Origin: Chlamydiales bacterium
GTDB lineage: Bacteria; Chlamydiota; Chlamydiia; Chlamydiales; JAAZZY01
Length of the DNA: 64,000 nucleotides
Reading direction: 5' to 3'
NCBI GenBank assembly: GCA_965206695.1
Contig: CBDBKM010000011.1
Span: 394,552-458,551 of the forward strand
Position numbers and translations under genes: made by a program. The notes below the pieces were generated by a model. That model was given only the letters and a program-made list of their open reading frames with translations, was not told the origin of the DNA and ran no database searches. Below are positions 40,852-50,559 of this stretch, piece by piece. Positions within the stretch are counted from its first letter, which is position 1. Each line of letters starts with the position of its first letter.

Positions 40852-42006
40852 ATGACTATTTATAACATACCATGTTCAAACCGATTTGAAGTTTTAGCCG
40901 ACTTACCACCTGATGACTCAGAAAATAAAATATCAGGAATACCTCAAGCCGACTTACCACCTGATGACTCAGAAAATAAAATATCAGGAATACCTCAAGC
41001 CGACTCACCACCTGATGGCTCAGACAATACAATATCAAGAATATCTAAGTCAGGATTGACAAGCTTATTCACAGCATATTTATTAGCCTTTTCTTCATCA
41101 GGTACAAATGGCTTAAGAGTTCCTGAGTGTAAGGATCTGATGCAACCTTTTTTCATTAAAGTTCCAGCTAACAACATTCAAGCTTTTAACCTCGAAGTTT
41201 TAGGGCCACGGTGTGTTAATCCTATGGATCCTCTTAATCAAGATCCCTTTGGAATCAAAACAGCACATCAAGAAAAACTCAAACCAACATCTCCTAACCC
41301 AAATTGTACAGAATTTCCTAATCAAAAATATCGGAAAGGTGCCAATCCATCCAATATAACAAACTTTATAGAAGGTGCGATTCAAGAATTTAAAGATTTC
41401 GATCAATACCTGAACTCTCAACATTTTAGCTGTTATTTAGGTAAAAAAAATCAGCGCCTTGGAAAATTTCAAATTCTAGGTGGAGGAGTAGTAAAAAGGA
41501 CTTTTACGCACGATGACTACCCCAGTGTTGCATTTAAAATAAACAATAAAGTACTAAGCCTGATCATAGGTCATAGCTTGCAACAGAACGTAAAAAACGC
41601 CGGAAGAATTGAAGAAGTAATAAAAAAATACGGCTATAAATATCTAATAACAAGCCAACCTATTCTTTTTAAAAAAGGAGATCTTGAACTTATATTTGAA
41701 AACGAACAATCTTTTATAAACTATGAAACAGCAGAAAATGTGATCCCTCAAGAAATACGTCAAAGAGCAGAAGAGGAGTTGTGTCACCTTGTCGGGGAAA
41801 CTCACTTAACCGATATAAACCTAAAGGAGACCCATAATGTAGCCTATATAAAAGATGAAAACGGAGAGTTCAAGTTATGCCTTTTTGATTTTGATATGGT
41901 CTCTCCGGAATTGAAGGCCAAGGACCCAATAGGGCGGAGTCAATCAGAAAAAACATACTATGAACTCGCGAGGGAGAAAGCTCTAAAAAAATGCGTAATT
42001 TCATAG
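40852..42006 (+). CDS. hypothetical protein with N-terminal 16-aa tandem repeats (DLPPDDSENKISGIPQA x3)
   Basis: 384-aa ORF; the repeats are visible at DNA level as 48-bp units at 40893-41030. Confidence 0.6.
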   Translation: MTIYNIPCSNRFEVLADLPPDDSENKISGIPQADLPPDDSENKISGIPQADSPPDGSDNTISRISKSGLTSLFTAYLLAFSSSGTNGLRVPECKDLMQPFFIKVPANNIQAFNLEVLGPRCVNPMDPLNQDPFGIKTAHQEKLKPTSPNPNCTEFPNQKYRKGANPSNITNFIEGAIQEFKDFDQYLNSQHFSCYLGKKNQRLGKFQILGGGVVKRTFTHDDYPSVAFKINNKVLSLIIGHSLQQNVKNAGRIEEVIKKYGYKYLITSQPILFKKGDLELIFENEQSFINYETAENVIPQEIRQRAEEELCHLVGETHLTDINLKETHNVAYIKDENGEFKLCLFDFDMVSPELKAKDPIGRSQSEKTYYELAREKALKKCVIS

Positions 42007-42035
42007 ACAGGCTTAAGGACCATCTGAAATAAGTG

Positions 42036-42121
42036 ATTGGAAAGACTTCTACATAACTGATTCCTGATAATACTTTTTTTAAAATCATTATCAGGAATCA
42101 GTTATGTAGAAGTCTTTCCAA
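42036..42121. terminator. 36-bp perfect inverted repeat with 14-nt A/T loop, 30 bp past the stop of CDS 40852..42006
   Basis: attggaaagacttctacataactgattcctgataat / attatcaggaatcagttatgtagaagtctttccaat. Confidence 0.45.
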
Positions 42122-42212
42122 TCGAATTTACAAATAAAATATCTCGTCTAATCAAAAAAGAGGTAAGGGTTGTTCAAACAAGATACTTTTATAGAAATCC
42201 CCTTTTGAATTT

Positions 42213-43193
42213 TTGGATGATACTTTTTCTACATTGTGGAAGAAAGTAAACCTTGAATTAATCCCGGGATATAGCCGATTATCAAAAAATTGCTATTTAG
42301 CATTAGAAACACAACTCATCTTTGCTGTTTTATCAGATCTTATTCTTTACAAGCTTTTGAAATTCGGCAGGAAACATCTTAATGACTCCTTAATGAATTT
42401 ATTATATAATTTGGTGAAATTTTTTTTAAACCTTTTAAATTATAACAGTGAGGAAATTATGATTAACAAAGCAAACTGGCCCTGTACATTGAACCTTCTT
42501 CATGATGCGAAAATAGTCGCTGATGAAGTCAATCATGAAACCCTTTGTAAGCAAGAGGGAACAAACTCTAATTATACCCCCCCTTATATTAGCCACCAGC
42601 ATTATTTTGGTATGCCATATGGAGGCTACCCCGGATACTTTTCCGGTTTTAGAGGAACAGAAGAATCCTCTAAAAATAACAGTTGGAGTACACCAATTGG
42701 CATAGCAGCAGCAGTTGTTTCAATGGCAACGATATATTTCATTGGTCAAGACTGGGGATCGATTAACAATGCCAATGACGATCTCGAACGATTAAAATCC
42801 CAAAAAGAGATCGCTCTTTTAGAACTTAAAGAAAAAAACGTTTCTTCTCGTACGAAGAAACAGGTGGAACGGGTAGCGGAGAAACAAGAAAAAATCTTTA
42901 AGCTTGTACGAGAAGATGCTCAGTGGGGCCTTCTGACAAAATCCGGATTACTCAGCTCAGCGATAACAGCTGCCGGCGGAGCATTTTTACTCGCTTCATG
43001 GCCAATAACCGTTATTGGAATAACAGGTGGATTCGTAAGTTCATTAAGTGTTCTTTTCCGGGCCGGTTTCAATACGACAACCAGCCACATCAAAAAAGAA
43101 GCCGGCGATCTAGCTAGACAAGTAAGTTATTTAGAAAGTTCAAACATTCCGGATATTACCGGTTTAGAATCCTTTAAATTTGCAGTAGCTTAA
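42213..43193 (+). CDS. hypothetical membrane protein (two hydrophobic regions)
   Basis: 326-aa ORF. IGIAAAVVSMATIYFIG and ITAAGGAFLLASWPITVIGITGGFVSSLSVLF. Confidence 0.5.
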   Translation: MDDTFSTLWKKVNLELIPGYSRLSKNCYLALETQLIFAVLSDLILYKLLKFGRKHLNDSLMNLLYNLVKFFLNLLNYNSEEIMINKANWPCTLNLLHDAKIVADEVNHETLCKQEGTNSNYTPPYISHQHYFGMPYGGYPGYFSGFRGTEESSKNNSWSTPIGIAAAVVSMATIYFIGQDWGSINNANDDLERLKSQKEIALLELKEKNVSSRTKKQVERVAEKQEKIFKLVREDAQWGLLTKSGLLSSAITAAGGAFLLASWPITVIGITGGFVSSLSVLFRAGFNTTTSHIKKEAGDLARQVSYLESSNIPDITGLESFKFAVA

Positions 43194-43819
43194 TTCTTTA
43201 TCGGAGCAAAAGAGCGCCTGTGTATCGGGCATGGGCCATGCTCTTTTATTGCATCACAATGTTTCTTGGTTCCATAACCTTTATTTGTATCGAAAGCATA
43301 TTGAGGCCATTGAATATGGTGCTCTTTCATCAATCTATCTCGCGTCTCTTTAGCAATAATAGAAGCTGTTGCAATGGATAAAGATCGCCGGTCACCTTTT
43401 ATGATCTTTTTGCAGGGAACTTTATTATAATAAAGACGGAGACCGTCTACCAATAAATATTGAGCTTTAACAGATAGATTATCTAAAGCTTCCTTCATAG
43501 CCAATTGAGTAGCCATTAAGATATTTATTTGATCAATGATATCATGTTTTACAATACCGACAGCATAGATAATTTGAGGATCATTAGTGATCTGTTCAAA
43601 AAGTGTTGCTCTTTGAACAGATGTTAACTTTTTACTGTCATCAATACCGCAGGCAAATAAATATTCTTTTGGTAGAATACAGGCTGCAGCAACGACCGGA
43701 CCTGCTAATGGCCCTCTACCGGCCTCATCAATTCCGGCAACATGATCATACCCCTCTTCCCAAACTTGTCTTTCGAATTTTAAAAGACCTAGCTGACGAA
43801 GTCGCTCATTAGCATCCAT
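43190..43819 (-). CDS. rnhB: ribonuclease HII
   Basis: GIDEAGRGPLAGPVV. Confidence 0.9.
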   Translation of the reverse strand: MDANERLRQLGLLKFERQVWEEGYDHVAGIDEAGRGPLAGPVVAAACILPKEYLFACGIDDSKKLTSVQRATLFEQITNDPQIIYAVGIVKHDIIDQINILMATQLAMKEALDNLSVKAQYLLVDGLRLYYNKVPCKKIIKGDRRSLSIATASIIAKETRDRLMKEHHIQWPQYAFDTNKGYGTKKHCDAIKEHGPCPIHRRSFAPIKN

Positions 43820-43831
43820 ACCAATTCCTTT

Positions 43832-44347
43832 TTATTCAGTAGATTCGTCAGTATTTTCGTGCTTTTTCTCCGGTTCCTTAGGTTGTTGTTCACTTTTCTG
43901 TTCTTCAGCTTGAACCGGAGCATCTTGAGCTTCAACCACATTTTCTTCTGATTTTTTCTTAGAAATTGCTTGATTAACGGTAACTCTTTTTGAAGCTCCC
44001 ATTTGACCTTTAACTTTAGATTTTTTACCGGTAGTACCACGTAAATAATATAGTTTACCACGTCTAACAATTCCTTCACGAATCACTTCAATCTTTGATA
44101 TTCTAGGACTATGGATAAGAAAAACACGTTCCATACCTGCACCATAAGCTACACGGTGTATTGAAACCGTCTCAGAAACGCCGCAGCCTTTTCTGGCAAT
44201 AACGGTCCCGGTAAATATTTGAGTACGTTCCTTTTCTCCTTCGATAATACGAGTATGTAAACGTACGGTATCTCCCACACGAAACTCCGGAATATCTCTT
44301 TTCATCTGCTCTTTTTCGAGTTCCTCAATGACAGCGCACTTGCTCAT
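43832..44347 (-). CDS. rplS: 50S ribosomal protein L19 with about 55-aa charged C-terminal extension
   Basis: L19 core plus a Lys/Glu/Gln-rich tail. Confidence 0.9.
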   Translation of the reverse strand: MSKCAVIEELEKEQMKRDIPEFRVGDTVRLHTRIIEGEKERTQIFTGTVIARKGCGVSETVSIHRVAYGAGMERVFLIHSPRISKIEVIREGIVRRGKLYYLRGTTGKKSKVKGQMGASKRVTVNQAISKKKSEENVVEAQDAPVQAEEQKSEQQPKEPEKKHENTDESTE

Positions 44348-45075
44348 TTCTTTTTCTCCTCATTAACTTGTAAAACCTCACCGTTAAGGTGATTGCAATG
44401 CTTAAATTTTTCTATTAAATCCGGACGGTTCATTTGAGTTTTTTCTAAGGCTTTTTCAAAACGCCATTTGGCAATATGTCCATGGTTACCATTCAATAAC
44501 ACTTTGGGAACCTCCTTGCCTTCAAATACTTCAGGCCTAGTATAGTGAGGGCAATCCAATATTCCATTTTGAAACGAATCTTGCTTAACACTTGCCTTAT
44601 GCCCCAATACACCCGGGATATAACGGACCAGCACATCAACTAATACAATCGATGCGATGCAACCGTTTGTTAATACATAATCTCCAATACTAATTTCCTC
44701 ATCAATATATTGTTGGATGATTCTCTCATCTATCCCCTCGTAATGCCCACACAATAATATCAAATGGGAGTCGCCGGCTAGCTTCTCCGCTTTGTCAGGA
44801 GTCAATCTAGATCCTTGAGGAGATAGTAAGATAACCTTTGAATGATCACTTCGAAGGGCTAATATTGATTTGGCAATAGGTTCTGCTAACAAAACCATGC
44901 CGGGGCCTCCTCCATATGGACGATCATCTACTTGCTTATGCTTTCCATGCGCATAATCTCTAATGTCATGTAACTCTATTTCAAGTAATCCTTTTTCCCG
45001 GGCTCTTTTGATGATACTCTCATCAAAAGGACCACGAAAATATCCGGGGAATAAACTTAAAATATCGATTCGCAT
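44344..45075 (-). CDS. trmD: tRNA (guanine37-N1)-methyltransferase
   Basis: Conserved TrmD fold; operon context. Confidence 0.9.
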   Translation of the reverse strand: MRIDILSLFPGYFRGPFDESIIKRAREKGLLEIELHDIRDYAHGKHKQVDDRPYGGGPGMVLLAEPIAKSILALRSDHSKVILLSPQGSRLTPDKAEKLAGDSHLILLCGHYEGIDERIIQQYIDEEISIGDYVLTNGCIASIVLVDVLVRYIPGVLGHKASVKQDSFQNGILDCPHYTRPEVFEGKEVPKVLLNGNHGHIAKWRFEKALEKTQMNRPDLIEKFKHCNHLNGEVLQVNEEKKK

Positions 45076-45080
45076 AAGAT

Positions 45081-45407
45081 TTAAGCAACTTTCTCTGCTT
45101 TTTTCTTAGCGCGCTTTGCTAATTCTCTATCAAGCCTCTCTTTATAAAAGCCTTTGATGAAAGCAGGATTTACACGTTTGACTAAAGTTTCCAATTTTGG
45201 TGTCATTTGGGCACCATGCTTTAACCAATGTTCTAATCGATCCATTTTAACTTCAATATTCGATTCAGTACCCGGTTGAAAAGGGTTATACCAACCTAAC
45301 ATTTCAACATATTTCCCATCTCTGGGATATCGACTATCAGCTACAACCAACCGATAAAATGTACGGTTTTTCCGTCCCTGTGCTCTCAATCTGATCTTTA
45401 ACGCCAT
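45081..45407 (-). CDS. rpsP: 30S ribosomal protein S16
   Basis: MALKIRLRAQGRKNRTFYRLVVADSR. Confidence 0.9.
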   Translation of the reverse strand: MALKIRLRAQGRKNRTFYRLVVADSRYPRDGKYVEMLGWYNPFQPGTESNIEVKMDRLEHWLKHGAQMTPKLETLVKRVNPAFIKGFYKERLDRELAKRAKKKAEKVA

Positions 45408-46726
45408 GAAAATCCTCCCATAAGCTTTTCTAAATTCTTCTTATTCGACATCTGTTTTATAAATTGCTTTGTCCGTTTAAATGTTTTCACTAGCTTATTA
45501 ACATCCTCTAATGAAGTTCCACTACCTCGAGCAATTCGCTTTCTTCGACCTACTATTAATTCTACTTTTTCTTGTCTTTCTGCTTTAGTCATAGAGAGAA
45601 TCATCGATTCAATTCTGAACAACTGCTTATCAGATAGATCTAAATCTTTTAATTGTGCTCCACCGGGAAGCATTTTTAACAACCCTTTTAAAGAACCCAT
45701 TTTTTTTACAACTTGCATCTGTTTAAGATAATCTTCGTACGTAAGAGATGCTTTACGCATCTTCTTTTCGAGTACCTTAGCCTCTTTTTCATCAATAAAC
45801 TCTTTAGCTTTATTGACTAGGTTAATGGTATCACCCATTCCCAAAATACGATCTGCCATCGATTGAGGATAAAAATACCGGAGATCTTCCAGCTTTTCAC
45901 CAATCCCTTCAAATTTTAGCGGCTTGCCTGTAATTTCACGAATAGAAATGGCAGCACCTCCGCGGGTATTACCATCAAGCATGGTCAATACGGTCCCTGT
46001 AATTTCTATTTGCTTATTAAATGCAGCAGCAACTGAAGGAGCATCTTGACCGGTAGATGCATTGGCAACAAATAGAGTTTCGGATGGACTAACCTCTTTT
46101 TTGATAGCCTGTAACTCATGCATGAGTTCTTGATCAATATGTAGACGGCCTGCCGTATCAAAAATAACGGTGTCGATATTCATAGAAGCAGCTTCTTTTA
46201 AGGCTTTTTTAGCAACCGTAACAGGTTTTTTTTCACCTTCGATGAAAAAAACAGGAACATCTGCTTGTTTTCCCAATAATTTCAACTGCTCTACAGCAGC
46301 AGGCCTTTGTAAGTCACAAGCTACAAGCATGAGTTTTTTTTTATAATCGTCCTTTTTAAGAAAATAAGCTAACTTAGCGCAAAACGTTGTCTTACCGGAT
46401 CCTTGCAAACCACAAACCATAAACACTGCCGGCCTACCGGAAAAAACTAACGCTGTACCCTCCCCTCCCATCAATTGAACTAATTCATCGTGAACAACTT
46501 TGATAAATTGTTGAGAAGGAGATACCGATTTGATAACTTGCTCCCCTAAGGCTTTTTCTTTAACTTTCTTAATAAAAGACTTTGTAACAGTATAATTTAC
46601 ATCTGCATCTAACAGAGCTAAGCGAACCTCTCTGACAGCATCTGATATATTATCATCTGTCAACTTGCGTTTTCCTGCTAAAGTAGAAAAAACGTTTTGT
46701 AATTTATCTGTTAATGATCCAAACAT
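45398..46726 (-). CDS. ffh: signal recognition particle protein Ffh
   Basis: NG domain GLQGSGKTT; M domain. Confidence 0.9.
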   Translation of the reverse strand: MFGSLTDKLQNVFSTLAGKRKLTDDNISDAVREVRLALLDADVNYTVTKSFIKKVKEKALGEQVIKSVSPSQQFIKVVHDELVQLMGGEGTALVFSGRPAVFMVCGLQGSGKTTFCAKLAYFLKKDDYKKKLMLVACDLQRPAAVEQLKLLGKQADVPVFFIEGEKKPVTVAKKALKEAASMNIDTVIFDTAGRLHIDQELMHELQAIKKEVSPSETLFVANASTGQDAPSVAAAFNKQIEITGTVLTMLDGNTRGGAAISIREITGKPLKFEGIGEKLEDLRYFYPQSMADRILGMGDTINLVNKAKEFIDEKEAKVLEKKMRKASLTYEDYLKQMQVVKKMGSLKGLLKMLPGGAQLKDLDLSDKQLFRIESMILSMTKAERQEKVELIVGRRKRIARGSGTSLEDVNKLVKTFKRTKQFIKQMSNKKNLEKLMGGFSWR

Positions 46727-46780
46727 TTATAAAAAAAATTGCAATTTCCCTTAATTTGAAAAAACAGGTTACTTAAACAA

Positions 46781-47629
46781 CTATTCGATTTCAAGGAAAA
46801 AGAGCCTATCCAATCCCGCCCAATCCTTTTCAAAATTAAATTTTTTATAACCTTGTTTCGAAAAAATATTTGTAATAGCTGATTTTTGATTATATCCTAT
46901 CTCCAAGTAACATTTTCCATTGGGATTCAAATAATCCCTTAACCCGTCAGCAAAACGTTCATAGCATTCTAAGCCTTGATTAGAAGCAACTAAAGCAAGT
47001 TTAGGTTCATATAGTTTGACTTCATTTTCTAAATTCACGTACTCATCCTCAGAAATATAAGGAGGATTGCAAATGATGAAATCAGCCTTCAATCTCTTAA
47101 AAGGTTGAAATAAATCACCTTGAATCAAGGTGACTTTTGTTTGATTTTGATCCGCATTTATTTTAGCTACTTTTAAAGCTTTTTCGCTAATATCTGATAA
47201 ATAAACTTTCAATTCAGGAAATTGCTTTTTTAAAGCAATTCCAATACAGCCCGATCCTGTACAGATGTCATATAAAATTTTTCCTTTTAGATCGCTCCCT
47301 TTTAGAGATTGTACAATTTTATCAACAATAATTTCAGTCTCTTGACGAGGGATTAATACATCAGGCGTAAGAGCGATAGTACATCCATAAAAAGAGATCT
47401 CTTTATGGATATAAGATAAAGGCTCATTTGCTCCACGCCTTTTTAAATGATCACGGATGATTTCCAATTCTCTTTCAATTACAGGCCTCTCAAATGACAT
47501 GTATAAATCAATGCGATTCATCCCTAAGCAATGAGCAATAATTTCACCCGCTTCCTTGCGAGCATTGTCAATAGATTTTTCTGCCAGGTATTTGTAAGAT
47601 AAAGATAATATTTCTGATACTGTTCGCAT
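46781..47629 (-). CDS. prmC: release factor glutamine methyltransferase
   Basis: NPPY motif; adjacent to prfA. Confidence 0.85.
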   Translation of the reverse strand: MRTVSEILSLSYKYLAEKSIDNARKEAGEIIAHCLGMNRIDLYMSFERPVIERELEIIRDHLKRRGANEPLSYIHKEISFYGCTIALTPDVLIPRQETEIIVDKIVQSLKGSDLKGKILYDICTGSGCIGIALKKQFPELKVYLSDISEKALKVAKINADQNQTKVTLIQGDLFQPFKRLKADFIICNPPYISEDEYVNLENEVKLYEPKLALVASNQGLECYERFADGLRDYLNPNGKCYLEIGYNQKSAITNIFSKQGYKKFNFEKDWAGLDRLFFLEIE

Positions 47630-47635
47630 AAGAGA

Positions 47636-48700
47636 TTAATCGGCTAGTTTTTTTTGATGATAATGGGAGACTACGGCAGTTATAAGCCCTTCTAAATCTC
47701 CATTCATTATTTTATCAAGGCTATATAAAGTTACATTAATGCGATGATCGGTAACACGATTTTGAGAAAAATTATATGTTCTAATTCTTTCAGAGCGATC
47801 TCCCGACCCTACTTGTTGAGAGCGCAAACCGATAATTTCCTTCTCTTTTTTTATTCTTTCATGATCTGCAATTTTAGCATGTAAAAGCCTTAAAGCTTTT
47901 TCTTTATTCTTATGTTGGCTTTTTTCCTGCATGCAATAAGAAACAAGCCCTGTTGGTACGTGAGTAATGCGTACAGCTGAATCCGTAGTATTGATATGCT
48001 GTCCTCCCGCTCCGGACGCCCTATAGGTATCAATGCGCAAATCTTTGTCATTCAATACAATTTCTTCTTCTTCATCCGGCTCCATTAAAACAGCTATCGT
48101 AATGGCTGAGGTGTGTACCCTTCCTTGTGATTCTGTAGTAGGTACTCTCTGTACACGATGCGTCCCACCTTCATGCTTCATATAACGGTAGACATTCGGA
48201 CCGGATAAAACCATCACGTATTCTTTATAACCTCCAACTTCGGCAGAGGTACAAGAAAGTAACTCGTAACGCCAGCCTACAGCATCAGCATAACACTTAT
48301 ACATGCGAACACAATCACCGACAAAAAGAGCCGCTTCATCACCACCGGTGCCGGCTCTAAGTTCCATTATCGTATTTCTATGATCATTGGGATCAGGAGG
48401 AATCAGAAGGTTTTCTAATTTTTTTTCTAAAACAGGCGTTTTCTCTTCTAGAGAGGCTATATCATCCAGCAACATCTTTTTTAGATCTTCATCCTGATCC
48501 TCTTTGAGAAGATCACGATTATCCTTTAACTGATTTGTTAAATCCAAAAGAGATTCCCAAACCTCTCTTACCTGTGATATATAAGCATGCTCTTGTGTAA
48601 GAAAACGAAATTGCTTTTGATCGTTAATCGCTTCCGGCTTACCTAACTCATTTTCTACTTCAACCAAACGCTGTAGTAATTTAGCAATTTTATCTTTCAT
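47636..48700 (-). CDS. prfA: peptide chain release factor 1
   Basis: GGQ motif SGAGGQHIN; PxT-type recognition region. Confidence 0.9.
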   Translation of the reverse strand: MKDKIAKLLQRLVEVENELGKPEAINDQKQFRFLTQEHAYISQVREVWESLLDLTNQLKDNRDLLKEDQDEDLKKMLLDDIASLEEKTPVLEKKLENLLIPPDPNDHRNTIMELRAGTGGDEAALFVGDCVRMYKCYADAVGWRYELLSCTSAEVGGYKEYVMVLSGPNVYRYMKHEGGTHRVQRVPTTESQGRVHTSAITIAVLMEPDEEEEIVLNDKDLRIDTYRASGAGGQHINTTDSAVRITHVPTGLVSYCMQEKSQHKNKEKALRLLHAKIADHERIKKEKEIIGLRSQQVGSGDRSERIRTYNFSQNRVTDHRINVTLYSLDKIMNGDLEGLITAVVSHYHQKKLAD

Positions 48701-48748
48701 TAAATATCCTTCAAGATACCAAATTCCATCAGAAGCAAACCTCTAGGA

Positions 48749-49027
48749 TTATTTATTAGATTTTTCTTCTGTGTCAGCTTTCTTACTCGTTGTGCCATAA
48801 CGTTTATTAAATTTATCAACTCTGCCTTCAGTATCAATAAATTGTTGGCTTCCGGTAAAGAAGGGATGCGACGCACTTGAAACTGAAATATGACAAACAG
48901 GATATTCCCGGCCTTCATATTGTTCCACCGCTTCAGTCTCCAAAGTAGAACTAACTAAAAATTTAGATCCTGTAGAGGAATCAACAAAAAGAACTTTTCT
49001 ATAATTAGGATGAGTATCTTTCTTCAT
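48749..49027 (-). CDS. rpmE: 50S ribosomal protein L31 (non-zinc type)
   Basis: [12 protein letters not shown]...HPFFTG; lacks the CxxC pairs. Confidence 0.8.
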   Translation of the reverse strand: MKKDTHPNYRKVLFVDSSTGSKFLVSSTLETEAVEQYEGREYPVCHISVSSASHPFFTGSQQFIDTEGRVDKFNKRYGTTSKKADTEEKSNK

Positions 49028-49459
49028 TCTATTTTCTCCATATCATGAGCAAGTATTTTGATCTCTTTAGTCATTAAAAGCAAGTTTTTAATATCTTAAT
49101 TTGATAATGCAGCCTTTTTGACAGCTTCAACGACTTTTTTCTTCAAAAGGAGAGCGTAGTATACAATCGGACTCCCCGGCATCAATGGATTCCGCTAGAG
49201 CTTTAACTACAGCATATTTTATAACAATTAAGTAAGAAAACTCTTTGCTTTAGCACCGGGATGAAAGCGTCTATTGATTTTCTTGCTTAATTTTCATAAA
49301 CCTTCTAGGATGTTAATTGTAATTTTACCTTTTACTTTTACTCAGTCCTTATTTTATCCCTTTATTCATTCTTAATTTTAAGATAGAAAAATAGTATGTA
49401 ATGGCATATGCTAATATTACATGGTTTAGAAAAATAGAATGTTAGAATAAATAAAATAT

Positions 49460-50374
49460 ATGAACTTTTCTTTTCAACAACGAACAGGCTTTCCTAAAAC
49501 ACCCAAGTTACTAAAAAGACTTTTATTATCCATAGGTCTTTTTAGCATAGGCTCCATCATTGCAGATTCTTTCCTAAGTCATTTTACACATATGTTTTTA
49601 TTTAAATCTTTATTTACCTTATCCCCTGCAGGGATAATGAAAGGATTTTTTTGGCAACCGATTACCTATCTTTTTCTTTTACCTATTGACCAAGGGATAA
49701 CGTTTGCTTTTATAATCAATTTATTTTTTACCCTTTATTTTCTTTGGGTTGTTGGCACAAAGATTTATAACTCGCTAGGTAAAAGCTCTTTTATCACTCT
49801 CTTTATTATAAGTGGTATCTTATCAGCGATTTGCGCCGTAGTATTGGCATGTTTTTTTTCAATTCCCGGTTATATATCCGGTTGTGGTGCCGTTATGTTA
49901 GCTTTTCTTGTCATTTGGTGTATGCTTACTCCTGAACAAGAAATTATGTTATTTATGATGTTGCCAATTAAGATTAAGTGGTTGGCTGTCATTGCTGTTG
50001 GTATTTGTTTAATGCAACAAATATTAGCCTTTGATTGGTTTTCTCTTACTCTATATCTCTCTGCCATTGTGCTAACATATATTTATGCTACTTGTGCACA
50101 CGCGCTCTCTACTCCTTTTAAAGCCACACAATTCATTGATAAGAATCTCGCTCAGTTTGGAGCTGTCTTAAAGAAAAAATTTTATAAAGTTAATAATATT
50201 AGTACCAAAAACAAAATCTTTGATTTCAAAACAGGAGAAGCCGTATTAAATGATGAGGATTTCATTAATGCTATGCTTGATAAAATCTCTCAATACGGTG
50301 ATAAATCTTTATCATTTAGAGAAAAAAGACGCCTTCGTAAAATATCAAAAACCAAGCGATACGACTCTCATTGA
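49460..50374 (+). CDS. rhomboid-like polytopic membrane protein (putative)
   Basis: FFWQPITYLFLL and GCGAVMLAF motifs. The stop codon overlaps the start of a repeat. Confidence 0.45.
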   Translation: MNFSFQQRTGFPKTPKLLKRLLLSIGLFSIGSIIADSFLSHFTHMFLFKSLFTLSPAGIMKGFFWQPITYLFLLPIDQGITFAFIINLFFTLYFLWVVGTKIYNSLGKSSFITLFIISGILSAICAVVLACFFSIPGYISGCGAVMLAFLVIWCMLTPEQEIMLFMMLPIKIKWLAVIAVGICLMQQILAFDWFSLTLYLSAIVLTYIYATCAHALSTPFKATQFIDKNLAQFGAVLKKKFYKVNNISTKNKIFDFKTGEAVLNDEDFINAMLDKISQYGDKSLSFREKRRLRKISKTKRYDSH

Positions 50375-50376
50375 CA

Positions 50377-50500
50377 GCTCCCAACCTAAAAGGGAACGGA
50401 TTCCTCATTCACAGACCACGGCTAACAAAAGAGTTAATCTAACATGATCTCCAAAGGCTTACATTACCGACTGCCCTTCGGTATATACTGCTCGTAGCTG
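50377..50500 (-). repeat. IS605-B right-end (omega-RNA-like) orphan copy
   Basis: ttgacagctcccaacctaaaagggaacgg...atgatctccaaaggcttacattaccgactgccc. Confidence 0.6.
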
Positions 50501-50559
50501 AATCAGAGAAATTTTGTTGAAAAATTAATTAGTGACTGAGTAACCTTACTTCTTTAAAT

